Source: Felis catus (lineage: Eukaryota). From it: a stretch of 64,000 nt of DNA. The DNA lies in NCBI RefSeq assembly GCF_018350175.1, contig NC_058383.1, positions 22,756,001 through 22,820,000 on the forward strand, given 5' to 3'. The notes under the pieces were generated by a model. It saw only the letters and a program-made list of their open reading frames with translations, was not told where the DNA came from and did no database searches. The translations under genes and the position numbers were made by a program. Shown here one piece after another: positions 36,661 to 49,587 of this stretch (positions within the stretch are counted from its first letter, which is position 1; the number at the start of each line of letters is the position of its first letter).

Positions 36661-38770
36661 TAACATAGATCTATATTAAAAATTCAAACTGTATATAGGG
36701 TATGTGGTGAAACTAGGTCCCCTCTAGAAGGGAAGATTTTGAAGCTACCCCAGTAGCTGCTGTTTGTAAAATTAGGGCAATCAGAGTGAAGCTAACTGGA
36801 GCAGGGTTGGGAGGGGACATCGTTCAGTCATGGGGAGGGCATTAAGGACGGCAGGGGCACATGGGGGAGGTTAGAGGGGGCTGGCCTAACTTGAACTAGG
36901 GTAAAGCCATAGGATATAGCAACTGAGAAGGGGTTTCAGAATCAAGGGCTTCCCAACTACGACAGGAGTGTGGGCTTTGGGGTCGGAGCCACCTGGGCTT
37001 AGCCCTGGCTCTGATGCTTACCGGTTGGGGCCTCTGGGAGCCTCGGTGTCTTTTCGCTGAGTAAACTGAGGAGGCCATCTTCATGGCAGTTGTGTGTATC
37101 AAGTGAAAGCATGTATTAGAGCCCCTAACACAGCGACTCTTACGTGGCAGGGACCCCCAGGAAGGTTTACTGTGAGAGAGAATCGGAAGGTTTGGGAACA
37201 AATGTGATAAAACTGTGATGTGATGAACACTGTGGCCGAATGGACACCCCCTCCCCCAGTACTCTACTGCCTACTCGGCCTCCCAGAATGCCGTCCTGAG
37301 CTCCTGCAGAGCAAGGGCCTCGCTGCTTGGCATGTTCCTCTAAGACTTTTCCATCATAGCTGCGGGGCGATGGCACAGTTGGTTAACCTCCTGCGGCTGA
37401 AGCACAGCCGTGTTCCTCAACATCCCTCCTCCCGCCCTCCCCCGTCTGTTGGTCCTTGGGGCCCGTCCCCCTCCCACAAGGACTGACAGAAAGCTGTCCC
37501 TCCTCTTGGTACAAAGGGGAGGTGCCATGGGTGGATATTGGTTTCATGGCTCTCCCCTCTAAAGCCTCGGGCCCGTGTCCAGGGGGCCGCGGTGTCACTT
37601 GTAGTCAGCGCAGAGGTCTGAAGCAGTTTCTGCTGCCTGTGGCCTTTCTTTCCCCCACACCAGCTTGCTCTTCAGGCCTGTGCCCTGGGCGTCACATCCC
37701 ACTTTCCTCGCTTCGAGCTAATGCTTTGGGGAGGGAGAGAGGTCAGGCTTCTTGTGAGGGACACAGATGGCCTAGCTTTTCAGGGAGCCTCGTGGTTTCC
37801 AGAGAACAGGACCTCCCCTGACCCTTTCCTGATAGGCAAGGACCTGCACTTGTTCGTTCGTTTTCCAAGAGCTGTACGTCCTCAAAGGCACCACCACCCC
37901 ACATCAGCTTGCATTTCCTACTTTCTGGGGAACTTTTGTGTATATTACTTCGTTTATCTTATTTTATCATCACGGCAACCCTGTGAGGCAATTTAGCAGA
38001 CGTCATTAAGGATGAGGAGGCTGAGGCCCAAAGACACCCACACGCTTTGCCAAGGCCACACTGCCAGTCTGGCATTCGTTCGGGAACTGTTCCCAGGTGT
38101 CTCTTTTATGGCCAGCCCTGTGCTAATTTCTGGGGGAACGGTTATGAGCCACAAAGGGATAGTCCCTCTTCTCCAGGAGCTTCCAGCCTAGTGACAGCAC
38201 GTGCTTGGAACACACACGTGAAAGAAGCTGTCTGGTTAAACCTTTCCCATGAGGGAAAGCATGTGGTATACAGCGGGAGCAAACAGCAGTCTGATGAGGG
38301 AGGGTCTTCAGCTTTGAATCCAGTTTCGTGCTCCTGTGCCATTAAAGGTGGGCTCTCGCCTGCCATGGAGCTTGGCTGCTTAATCTAGATTGGGGGGAGA
38401 AGAATGCCACAGAAGTACCGGGGACTTTGGCGAGCTGCTTTATGGTGTCCTTGGTGATAGTCAGGTACCCTAGTGGGACGGTGATGTTTCAGGACAATTC
38501 TTTGGGCCAAGGAGTAATTGACCAGCCCCACCTCTCACCTGTCCAGTCACCAGAATCTTCATCTTAGTGGCTCTCCCCTTCCTTATCTTGAGCATCTCCC
38601 TTAAAGCTGCCCTTCCAGGTGAGAAAGATGGTCCTGCCATACAGAGGAGACCCTTCTGTGGTCAGAGTTCATAAGCAGTCGGACCGCTCAGCAGGAGCCT
38701 CTACAAAACGGTCTTGAGGTCCTTGGCCATTTGTCCAAAGCCACGTAATTCCAAGCGTCTTCAGATATGA

Positions 38771-38932
<162 letters not shown>

Positions 38933-38948
38933 TAAAATGAGGGCTGTG

Positions 38949-39577
38949 ATTTTATTTTTTATTTAAGAGAGAGAGAGTTGTGAGTCGGGGACAGGGAGAG
39001 TAGAGGGAGAGAACCTTTAAAGTTTTTTATTTATGTATTTTGAGAGAGAGAATGCAAACGAGTGGGGGAGGGGCAGAGAGAGAGGGAAAGAGAGAGAGAA
39101 TCCCAAGCAGGCCCTGCGCTGCCAGCACGGAGCCCAAAGTGGGGCTCAAACCCACGAACCGTGAGATCATGACCTGAGCCCAAATCAAGAGTTGGATGCT
39201 TAACCAACTGAGCCACCCAGGCGCCACGAGAGAGGGAGAGAATCTTAAGCAGGGGCTCAATCCCCTGGGATCATGTGCCATGGGATCATGGCCTGAGTCT
39301 AAATTGAGTCAGATGCTCAACTGAGCCACCCAGGTGCCCCGAGGGCTATAATTTAAAAAAAAATTTTTTTTTCAATGTTTTTTATTTATTTTTGGGACAG
39401 AGAGAGACAGAGCATGAACGGGGGAGGGGCAGAGAGAGAGGGAGACAGAATCGGAAACAGGCTCCAGGCTCCGAGCCATCAGCCCAGAGCCTGACGCGGG
39501 GCTCGAACTCACAGACCGCGAGATCGTGACCCGGCTGAAGTCGGACGCTTAACTGACTGCGCCACCCAGGCGCCCCC
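38949..39577 (-). mobile_element. Three antisense CanSINEs just 3' of exon 10 (outer ~38949-39340, nested ~39023-39226, young copy ~39355-39577)
   Basis: SINE bodies; outer TSD GAGGGCT.T.ATTT at 38939 and 39341; inner TSD GAGGGAGAGAA.CTT. Confidence 0.9.
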
Positions 39578-39834
39578 TGCCTTTTTTTTTTTTAAAGCAA
39601 AACCTCTAGACTCTAAAAACAAGCCAGTTAAAACTAACAACAGCACCAGCAGCACCAGAAGGACCTCTCTCACTCCTAATGCATGAACAGTCTTTATGAG
39701 CTCCTTATCTCCTTTGGTGACTCACATTTTCTACTTGTTGTGAGATTTTTTCCCCCTTAGCCTATACTTTTTCAGGCCTAAAGTAACTTAGAACTTGCAT
39801 ATTAGAAAATATACAGCTGATTGAATACTGTTTT

Positions 39835-39975
39835 TATTATCTTTATTTATTTTTTTAAATTTTTTAAGATTTTATTTTTTAAAGTAATCTCTACACCCCA
39901 TGTGGGGAGCTCGTACCCACAACCCTGAGAGCAAGAGTCACACACACTCTACTGACTGAGCCAGCCAGGTGCCCA
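39835..39975 (-). mobile_element. Short CanSINE
   Basis: AAGTAATCTCTACACCCCATGTGGGG...GAGCCAGCCAGGTGCCC. Confidence 0.8.
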
Positions 39976-40357
39976 GATCCTGTTTTTAGATTTAAGCACC
40001 ATACCACTAAGTGATAAGGCAGCATTATCTGGCCTGAAAAGGACCACGTAAGAGTTCCATGACAGGCATTGAGGTGACCCTCCCAAATGGTTGTTCAGGG
40101 CCAGATTCTGGGGTAGCCACTATGACCTGTGAGCCAATAGATAGACCCCTGTTGCCCCAAGCCCTGAGGCCTGGTGGGAATGTGATCAGCAGTGGCCTAA
40201 GAAGGTTTGGTCCTTGAAAGTTCTAGCCAGGAGGTGCAGACTGCATCAGGAGCCAGATCAGACCTACGGACATGGTTTGTTTGATCACATCATTTAAAAA
40301 ATTTTGGGTGAGTTTTCAACATTTAAAAACCAGTTTTAACATAATCCAGATTTCTAA

Positions 40358-40568
40358 TTTTTTAAAAATGTTTATTTATTTTTGAGAGAGAGAGGGACAG
40401 ATGTGAGCAGGGGAGGGGCAGAGAAAGAGGGAGATACAGAATCTGAAGCAGGCTCCAGGCTCTGAGCTGTCAGTACAGAGCCTGACGTGGGGATCGAACC
40501 CTCGAGTCTTGAGACCGTGACCTGAGTTGATGTCAGACACTTAACTGTTGTGGCCACTCAGGTGCCCC
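40358..40568 (-). mobile_element. CanSINE
   Basis: SINE body; TSD CAGATTTCTAAT. Confidence 0.9.
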
Positions 40569-40754
40569 AGTTCAGATTTCTAATATCACTTAAAACTTGG
40601 AAGCTCTAGAAGCACTGGGTTCACTTCCTGGGGCTGACAGCTGAAGTCCCAGTAGCCTGGCCATATGTCCTCTTGTGCCCTTGCTCTCCCACTAGTGCAT
40701 GGTAGTAGCTCTACTATTAGGCCGAGGTCAAAAGCAATCAAGAATTTCTTTTCC

Positions 40755-41387
40755 CTGGGAATGCAAGCTGGTGCAGCCACTCTGGAGAACAGTATGGAGG
40801 TTCCTCAAAAAACTAAAAATAGAACTACCCTATGACCCAGCCATTGCACTACTAGGCATTTATCCACGGGATACAGGTGTGCTGTTTCTAAGGGATACAT
40901 GCATCCCATGTTTATAGCAGCACTACCAACAATAGCCAAAGGATGGAAAGAGCCCAAAAATCCATTGATGGATGAATGGATAAAGAAGATGTGGTATATA
41001 TATGCAATGGAGTATTACTCGGCAATCAAAAAAGAATGAAATCTTGCCATTTGCAACTACGTGGATGGAACTGGAGGGTATTATGCTAAGTGAAATAAGT
41101 CAGTCAAAGAAAGACAAATATCATATGACTTCACTCATATGAGGACTTTAAGAGACAAAACAGATGAACATAAGGGAAGGGAAACAAAAATAATGTAAAA
41201 ATGGAGGGGGTCAAAGCATAAGAGACTCATAAATATGGAGAACAAACAGAGGGTTACTGGAGGGGTGTGGGGGGGGATGGGCTAAATGGGTAGGGGGCAC
41301 TAAGGAATCTACTCCCGAAATCATTGTTGCATTATATGCTAATTTGGATGTAAATTTAACAAAATAAAAAATAAAATTAAAAAAAAA
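40755..41387 (+). mobile_element. 5'-truncated L1 3' end, sense to COG7
   Basis: [37 protein letters not shown]; poly(A); perfect 15-bp TSD AAGAATTTCTTTTCC at 40740-40754 and 41388-41402. Confidence 0.96.
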
Positions 41388-42383
41388 AAGAATTTCTTTT
41401 CCTTAAAACTGCTCTTCAGGGATGTACATTCAGAAGAGGGAGGCTGCTCTTCACCCACTTGCCTGACCCCTGGCCTAGGTAGTGTGCACAGGGTGCCGGT
41501 GCCACCTGTAGGTCTCAGCATGGTGGCCCACACATCCGGCACATCCAGACCCTGGATCTGCTCTGATCCAGGGCCTCCTAGGGATCATCTCTTCATGGGC
41601 TCTGATCTGGACTTTTATTTTGGGGGGATGAAATTTAATGTTCTAGATGCTAACTGTATCCCCTATCGTCGTTGGTGGCTTGGTACACCAGAAAATACTA
41701 TGTACAAGGTTATTCTGTTGTACCTGAGGCAAGTGAAAAGTGGAATATTTCACTTTCTCATAAACCTTTCTTATGATGGAATGCCTAGATACCCCGGTGA
41801 TGATAGGCACTTTTAGAGAAAGTTAAAAATTAACTAGACTTTAGATGTTTTTTAATCCTTGGATTTGTCCTGACATTATAGTTTGGTGTTGAAGGACTCA
41901 GCACCTGGAGTTGGAGGCCCAGCATAAAATTACTTGAAAATTAAAGGATTATTAAATACAGGTATGATGGTCATTCAGGCTTATCTCTGAGAAGCCAAGT
42001 GGATTAATCTTCATCTGCCTTTCATGTGATCAGAGAGATAACTTCTAGTATCAAAATAGTTTTCTTTGCCTTGTAAATAGCAGACATCTAACAAATACTA
42101 AGTAATGAATTTTGATTTTTAAATTTAAATTTAATTTTTTTTAATCCCCTTTATCTATTTCACCTGTCCCTCTACCCATCTCCCCTCTGGCAATCACTGG
42201 TTTGTTCTCTGTATTTACAACTCTGTCTCTTTTTTTCTTTGTTTTGTTTCTTAAATTCCACATATGAGTGAAATCCTGTGGTATCTTTCTGACTGACTTA
42301 TTTCACTTAGCGTTATACCCACTAGATCCATCCATGTTGTTGCAGATGGCAAGATTTTTCATTCTATTTTATGGCTAATAGTC

Positions 42384-42385
<2 letters not shown>

Positions 42386-42419
<34 letters not shown>

Positions 42420-42720
42420 ACACACATACATGTATGTGGTGTGTGTGTGTATATATATATATTATATACACATACCTATATATATGTGTGTGTATATATA
42501 TATATTATATACACATACCTGTATATATGTATGTATATGTATGTATATATACATATATGTATGTATATATATGCATATATATGCATATATACATATATGC
42601 ATATATATACACATATATATACACATATATGTATATATATGTACGTATATGTATATATACAGGTATGTGTATATAGGTGTATGTATAAATACCTACATAC
42701 ATATATACATACATACCACA
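42386..42720. repeat. Compound (TG)n/(TA)n/(CA)n alternating purine-pyrimidine microsatellite
   Basis: Direct reading; about 335 bp. Confidence 0.95.
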
Positions 42721-43924
42721 TACACTTTATCCAAGTGTATATGGTATTTATGGATGGATATTTGGGTTGCTTCCATGTCTTGGCTATTGTAAATAATGTT
42801 GCAATAAACATGGGGGTGGGTATATCTTTTGAATTAGTATTTTTTCTTTTGGTCAATAGCTAGTAGTGAAATTACTGGAGCATATAGTAATTCTATATTT
42901 ACTTTTTTGAGGAAACTCCATACTGTTTTCTACATTGGCTGCACCAGTTGCAATCCCACCAACATCACAGGAGGGTTCCTTTTTCTCCACATCCTCGCCA
43001 ATGCTTATTATTTCTTGTATTTTTGATTGTAGCCATTCTGACAGGTGTGAGGTGGTATCTCATTGTGGTTTTGATTTGCATTTCCCTGGTGATGACTGAT
43101 GCTGAGCATGTTTTCATGTGTCTGTTGACCATTTGTGTATCTTTTTTGGAAAAACATCTATTCAGTCCTCTGCTCATTTTTTAATTGGATTATTTGGGTT
43201 TTTTGGTGTTGAGTTGTATATATTCTTTATATATTTTGGATATTAGCCCATCATTTGCAAATATCTTCTCCCATTTAGTAGATTGCCTTTTTGTTTTGTT
43301 GATGGTTACTTTCACAAAAAGCAAAAGCTTTTTATTTTGGTCGTGTAGTCCCAATAGTTTAATTTCACTTTGGTTTCTCTTGCCTGAGGAGACATGTTTA
43401 GAAAAATGTTTTTGTGGCTGATGTCAAAGAAATTACTGCCTATATTTTCTCCCAGAAGTTTTATGATTTCAGGTCTCATATTTAAGCTTTAATCCATTTT
43501 GAGTTAATGTTTGTGTGTGGTGTAAGAAAGTGGTCCGGTTTCATTATTTTGCATGTTGCTGTCCAGTTTTCCCAACACCGTTTGTTGAAGAGATTTATTT
43601 TTCTCCTTTGTATATTCTTGCCTCCTTTGTTGTAGATTAATGGACCCTGTACGCCTGGGTGTATTTCTGAGCTTTCTATTCTGTTCCATTGAACTATGTG
43701 TCTATTTTTGTGCCAACGACATACTGTTTTGATTACTACAGCTTTGTAGTATATCTTGAAATCTGGAATTATGATGCCTCCAGCTTTGTTCATCTTTCTC
43801 AAGGTTGCTTTGGCTATTTGGGGTCTTTTGTGCTTCCCTTCAGGTTTTAAGATGATTTGTTGTAGTTCTATGAAAAATGCTGGTGGTATTTTGATAGGGC
43901 TTCCATTAAATCTATAGATTGCTG

Positions 43925-44140
43925 GGGCGCCTGGGTGGCGCAGTCGGTTAAGCGTCCGACTTCAGCCAGGTCACGATCTCGCGGTCCCTGAGTTCGAGCC
44001 CCGCGTCGGGCTCTGGGCTGATGGCTCAGAGCCTGGAGCCTGTTTCCGATTCTGTGTCTCCCTCTCTCTCTGCCCCTCCCCCATTCATGCTCTGTCTCTC
44101 TCTGTCCCAAAAATAAATAAACGTTGAAAAAAAAAATTTT
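43925..44140 (+). mobile_element. Young felid-type CanSINE
   Basis: CpG-rich body; perfect TSD AAATCTATAGATTGCT. Confidence 0.95.
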
Positions 44141-44849
44141 AAATCTATAGATTGCTTCCGGTAGTGGAGACATTTTAACAATGTTTTTTCCAGTCCGTGA
44201 GCATGGAACATCTTTCTATTTGTACCATCTTCAATTTCTTTCATTAGAGTTTTATAGTTTTCAAAGTACAGGTCTTTTATCTCTTTGGTCAAGTGTATTT
44301 CTAAGTGTTTTATTATTTTTGGTACAGTTGTAAATAGGATTGTTTTCTTAATTTCTCATTCTGCTTCTTCATTATTAGTGTAAAAAATATAACAAATTTC
44401 TATGCACTGATTTTGTATCCTTTGACTTTACTGAATTCATTGATCAGTTCTAGCAGTTTTTTGGTCGACTCTTTAGGGTTTTCTCTATACTGTATTGTGT
44501 CATCTGCAAATAGTGAAAGTTTTACTTCTTCCTTACGAATTTGGATGCCTTCTATTTCTTTTTGTTGCCCGATTGCTGAGGCTAGGACTTCAGTACTATG
44601 TTGAATAACAGTGGTGAGAACAGACATTCTCGTCTTCTTCCTGACCTTAGGGGAAAAGCTCTTCTCTGTTTTTCATCATTGAGGATATTAGTTGTGGGTT
44701 TTTCAAAAATGGCCTTCATTATGTTGAGGTATGCTCCCTCTAAACCTACTTTGTTAGAGAGTTTTTATCATGAATGGATGTTGTACTCTGTCAGATGATT
44801 TTTCTGCATCTATTAAGATGATCATATGACTTTAAAAAAATGTTTATTT

Positions 44850-45261
44850 GGGGGCACCTGAATGGCTCAGTTGGTTGAGTGTCAGACTTTGGCTCAGGTC
44901 ATGATCTCGCAGTTCGTGAGTTCAAGTCCCGCATCTGGCTCTGTTCTGTGCTGACAGCTCAGAGCCTGGAGTCTGCTTCAGATTCTGTGTCTCCCTCTCT
45001 CTCTGCCCCTCCCACTCACACTCTGTCTCTCTCTGTCAAAAATAAAGATTAAAAACAAATTAAAAAAAATGTTTGTTTTGAGAGAGAGAGTGTGAACAGG
45101 GGAGGGGCAGAGAGAGAGAGAGTGAGAGAGAGAATCCCAAGCAGGCCCTGTGCTGTGAGCACAGAGCCTGACATGGGGCTCGATCTCATGAACTGGAATA
45201 TCAAGACCTGAGCCAAAATCAAGAGTCGGATGCTTAACCGGCTAAGCCATTCAGGCGCCCC
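44850..45261. mobile_element. Inverted CanSINE pair (+44850-45062, -45064-45261)
   Basis: The sense copy sits in the tail of the antisense copy; TSD AAAAAAATGTTT.TTT. Confidence 0.9.
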
Positions 45262-45409
45262 TGATCGTGTGATTTTTATCCTTTCTCTTGTGATCTGTCA
45301 CGTTGATTGATATGCAAATATTGAACCACCATTGCATCCTGGGAATAAATCCCACTTGATTGTGGTGAATGATTTTTTAAATGTATCGTTGATTTTTGAA
45401 TTTTATTTT

Positions 45410-45523
45410 AAAGTTTTTAAAAATTTATTTAAATAAGTAATCTCCACACCTCATGTGGGGCTCCAACTCACGACCCCGAGATCAAGAGTTGCATGCTCTT
45501 CCGACTGAGCCAGCCAGGTGCCC
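45410..45523 (-). mobile_element. Short CanSINE
   Basis: GTAATCTCCACACCTCATGTGGGGCTCC...GAGCCAGCCAGGTGCCC. Confidence 0.8.
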
Positions 45524-45873
45524 TGGTTTTTAAATTTTAGATAGGAAGTGTTTCCAACCCGTTTTCTTAAGGACAAAGCCCCAGAGCTCCTCAGTAGTTT
45601 GGAAATGTAAGATCATTTGACCTGTAGACAGAACTGTGATTCGAAGCAGAGAGGCCTGTGACTTGAGGGCATTAGAAGGGGGTCACTTTTACCTTCTCCA
45701 TGAATTACTAATTAGTAAAACATGTCAGGTAGACTGTCAAATGGTTAACCACTTTTCCAGAATCCAGCCCCACCAAAAGGAGTGAATAGCTAGAATTTTT
45801 ATGAATGAGATAATGTTTGTCCTATGTCAACATTCCAGATACTTGAACTTGAAGTGCCTTTTGTTTTGTTTAG

Positions 45874-45939
45874 GATAATAGCTACCTGTGGCGAGCTCCT
45901 GCGGCAATGTGGGGACTTCGAGCAGCAGCTAGCAAACAG
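45874..45939 (+). CDS. COG7: COG7 coding exon (probably exon 11), 66 nt, phase 2 to 2
   Basis: ttttgtttag|GATAATA...AACAG|gtaggt; (R)[21 protein letters not shown](R). Confidence 0.96.
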
Positions 45940-47399
45940 GTAGGTGAGGGCTGTGGGCGAGTCCCTGGGTTCTTGGGAAGAACCGGATAGAATGCACAGC
46001 ACAGCAATGACAACATATGGTCAAATCTGGAAGCCACACAGCTCGAGGACTAACAAATACTGAGCACCTAAAAAGGGCAAGGCTCTGAGCTATTTGGCAG
46101 TGGTCACAAAGTTTTGGTTAGATATGGAAGTTTCAGCCCAAGTGAGGAAACAGTACATGTTGTCTCCAAATTGTAATTGGGCTGGATTCCCACTGCTTGT
46201 TTGTAAGTTAGTTATTGGGACTCACAATAAATTTCTCCATAGAAACAGCATTGTAGGTGGTGGTGAATTCACCTGGGGGAGCCCATAGAATCGGGATTAA
46301 TCCAGCCAGCCTTCCGGGTTCTGCAGAATTCTGTGGTGCCGGGGGTGGTGTGTGTTGAAGGAGGGTTTCCTTTCTCTCCCCTAACTCTGACCCCTTTCTC
46401 TATTCTGATACCTGCCAGGGTTTTCCATTGCCCTGCAGTGGCCCCTTTCAGATGAGTTTTCCTGAGACTCAGAGGGCTCCAGACTCCCAAATTTCCTTCC
46501 TTCTTTCTTCCAGCTAAATTTCCCATTCCCTTGGGACAGCTGATTTCTGTGTTTTCCAGGAGCTGGGGGAAGAAATCTATTTCGTACAGTTGTGTGAGGG
46601 CCTAGCAGCAGCCCCATCACCTCTTTCTGGGATAATTCTTTATTGTCCTAAAGCAATCCGGACAGGAAGGAATTTCTGGCAGTGGTCTATTGTGAAATGA
46701 AAGCTCCGGGGGGTGGGGGGGGGAGTGGTTGGTGTGGGGTGTACACAACAACACATCCACCCCGTGGGAAGTAGGGATGAGTTGCTGAGGAACAGGGTCA
46801 GTGCTCCAAGTCAGCTGTTTTTTGTTTTTTGGTTTTTGGGTTTTTTTTTTTTTTTTTTTTGGCCACTTCTTGTCTTCTTTCATTTCTGAGCCCACAGACC
46901 GTCTTCAAGTCCCACAATCTCCCACAGTGGTTTTCGTTCTGGGCAGCTGTCTTATAGCTGGCTAGGATGTGCAACTGTTTATAACTCCCAAACAGCCCAG
47001 CACAGAAAATATGTGAGTTCCTGGAATGAGTAAAACCGGACACCCCAGGCATATAGTGGAGTGTGTAGATAATATAAATGCAGTAACCAATAACCCTCTG
47101 CACACACTCGTGCCGACATGCACACAGGCACATACTGTGGGGGAGCCTGTGGTGGAGGGCCAGTGGGTCAGGGTTTTCAGAGGCATCCTAGGAAGAGCTG
47201 AAAATGTCACATTTATGTATTTGAAAGAAAGGCATGTAGCTTATTTTATTAATTTCAGTAGTGATTATAGCCTGGCCCCAACTCATTGCAAAGATTAAAA
47301 CAGTTCATAAGTATGCAAAATAAAAATGAAAACTCTACTCGCATGAAAAATCCTCTCTAGAAGAAACATTATTAACATCTCCTCCCACCCATAATTTAC

Positions 47400-47640
47400 T
47401 GAGCTCTGACACTGAGGACTTTACATGAATTAAGTCATTAATCCTCCCAGTGGCCAAAGAGGTAGGTACTGTTCTTATCCCCATTTTTACAGACGAAGAA
47501 ACATCGAGGCCTGGAGTCTGGCACAGGTAGTAACTTAAGTAAAAATAAATGATCTGTGGAAATAGCTGTGTCTGAGGTCATGGAACCACGACACGAGGCC
47601 ATGATTGGAACCTGGACGTCAGCTGAGCCGTCCAGAGTGT
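47400..47640 (-). mobile_element. MIR relic
   Basis: MIR core GGTAGGTACTGTTCTTATCCCCATTTTTACAGACGAAGAAAC. Confidence 0.7.
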
Positions 47641-49365
47641 GTCACCCCCACACTGTCTTTCTCACAAGTTAGCGTCTCTCCTTGGACTTGGATTTCTCTG
47701 CATGTGTAAAGCAGACATCTTTCCATATCAGGACACATAGGTTTTCCTTAATCTTTTAATGAAAGTGAATATTACATTCTAGAAGGAAAAGAAAAATCTG
47801 GTTAGGAAGCTGAATGGGGACATGGTAGATAAAGGATGAGCCTCTCTCTCCACCTGCATTTTGCAGCCCAGAGAAGCTGAAAGGCTGGCCTGAGCTTTGG
47901 CGTGAGATGAGAACAGACTGGGTGTATCCAAGGGAGCCTCTTTGAGAGGCGATATCATTCCGAAAGCACTGAGCCTGGAAAGGGAAAAGAGTGACAGTCA
48001 TCATCTGTGTTCCCATCAGGGAGGCCACGTGTGGCAGCTGCCTATAAAACTTATCTGCCTGTCAGTCTCCCCTGGGGAGCCCAGACTCCACTTGGCCCAA
48101 GGGCCACTCCTCTCCCCACCACCCCCTGGGTGGCAGTCAGTAGCTGGAAACACTCCAGATGGCTTCAGTGACAAGAGTGACATTGGCTCTTGGGCTCTTA
48201 AGATCACCTCGCAGAAAGGGATCATTTTGTGATTTATGGGCTGAGTGCCACTAGAAGGCTTTTTCTTGCACTGGGCAAGTTGGGTGAGATGCCAGGGAGA
48301 TTGCTACGGCCCCTCTGCATGTTCGCAGCACCCACCACTTAACTTTTGGCCCAGTGGTGTTTTCGCTGGGATGAGGTCTCAGTTCAGTGGGAAATCAGGT
48401 TTGGGGGATCTGTTGTAAATTTACAGGTTTCCATGGCTTGTGAAGAAGTGGCTAACAACTTTTCGTGAAAGGAAATGAATTGAGGAAGCAGATGGAAGTG
48501 TAACGTTAGTCTCTCCCTCCTTTGTGCATATTGACTGCATTCTCCTGCCACGTTGATGGAGGTTGGACTCCCCGGTTAATCTCTGAGCTCCTTGAGGGCG
48601 AGGACTGTTTAATTATCTGACATTCCCAAGACCTGCTTATAGCCCATTCCAATGATGAGAAGACATTTCTTTATGAATGAAGAAATGCAGTGGTTTCAGT
48701 AAGATTTAGTTCGTAGCACTAGCAAACACATGTCCTAGGAAGTCGGAGTCTGATGATTAGATCATCTAATGGTGTCTGTCTGGATGAAGAGGAGGCTGGG
48801 AGGAAAAGATACCATTCATTCCTTGGGGTTGGAGCTATATTTATTCCTCTTTTTTTTTTTTTTTTTTTTTTTTTAAGGTTGGGTTCTTATTGTAGAGCTT
48901 ACTATAGTGACATTTTAAACTGTGATCTTTAATACTTAAAACATTCCTGACTCATCTGGTTTTCTTCAGTTTCCCCCAGCCGACAGTGGAGACACGTATG
49001 GCTGTGACCCTGCCAAGGGGAACTGATTTCCCAGAAGGCAGTTCTCGACTTCCTGCTTGCCAAACCCAGCGTCCCCTGCCATGGGCCAGGCCCTGTGCTC
49101 AGTGCTGGGGGGGGGGGGGGAGAACCCCCCCATTTTTTCCCCACAGATAGTGAAGACTTGGAAGTAAGGGTGGCAGGAATAGGCCACAGTTTGGCAGACA
49201 AAAGAGCCAGCCGAAATAACCTGTAGTTTAAGCAAGAGGGAAAACCGTAACTTTTTAGTGGCAGAGGCAGGTAGCTGCTTTTGTCAACAGCGGTTCCTGA
49301 AGAAGGGCCCGTCCCCACTGTTTGTTTGCAAGTACACGCATTCCTTGATAGGCTCACTGGACTTG

Positions 49366-49587
49366 TTTTTTAATTTTTAATTAAAAAAATATTTATTTCT
49401 AAGAGAGTATGTGCATGCACAGGGATGGGATGGGGCAGAGAGAGAGAGAGAGAGAGAGAGAGAATCCCAAGCAGGCTCCATTCTGTCAGTGTAGAGCCTG
49501 ATGCTGGGCTTGAACCCACAAACCGTGAGATCATGACCTGAGCTGAAGTCAAGAGTCAGAGTCTTAACCAAGTCACCCAAGTGCCCC
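49366..49587 (-). mobile_element. CanSINE
   Basis: SINE body; TSD CTGGACTT. Confidence 0.88.

Larger units (their letters stand above)
42120..45390 (-). mobile_element. Older carnivore L1 fragment (~3.3 kb, RT region to 3'UTR) with SINE insertions
   Basis: ORF2 peptides KLSLFADD (RT active-site motif), [19 protein letters not shown] and [11 protein letters not shown] in broken frames. Confidence 0.92.

Noticed and set aside
42371..42863. Overlapping 100-157 aa ORFs rich in Y, I, C and V
   Set aside because: Stop-free reading of a TA/TG microsatellite.
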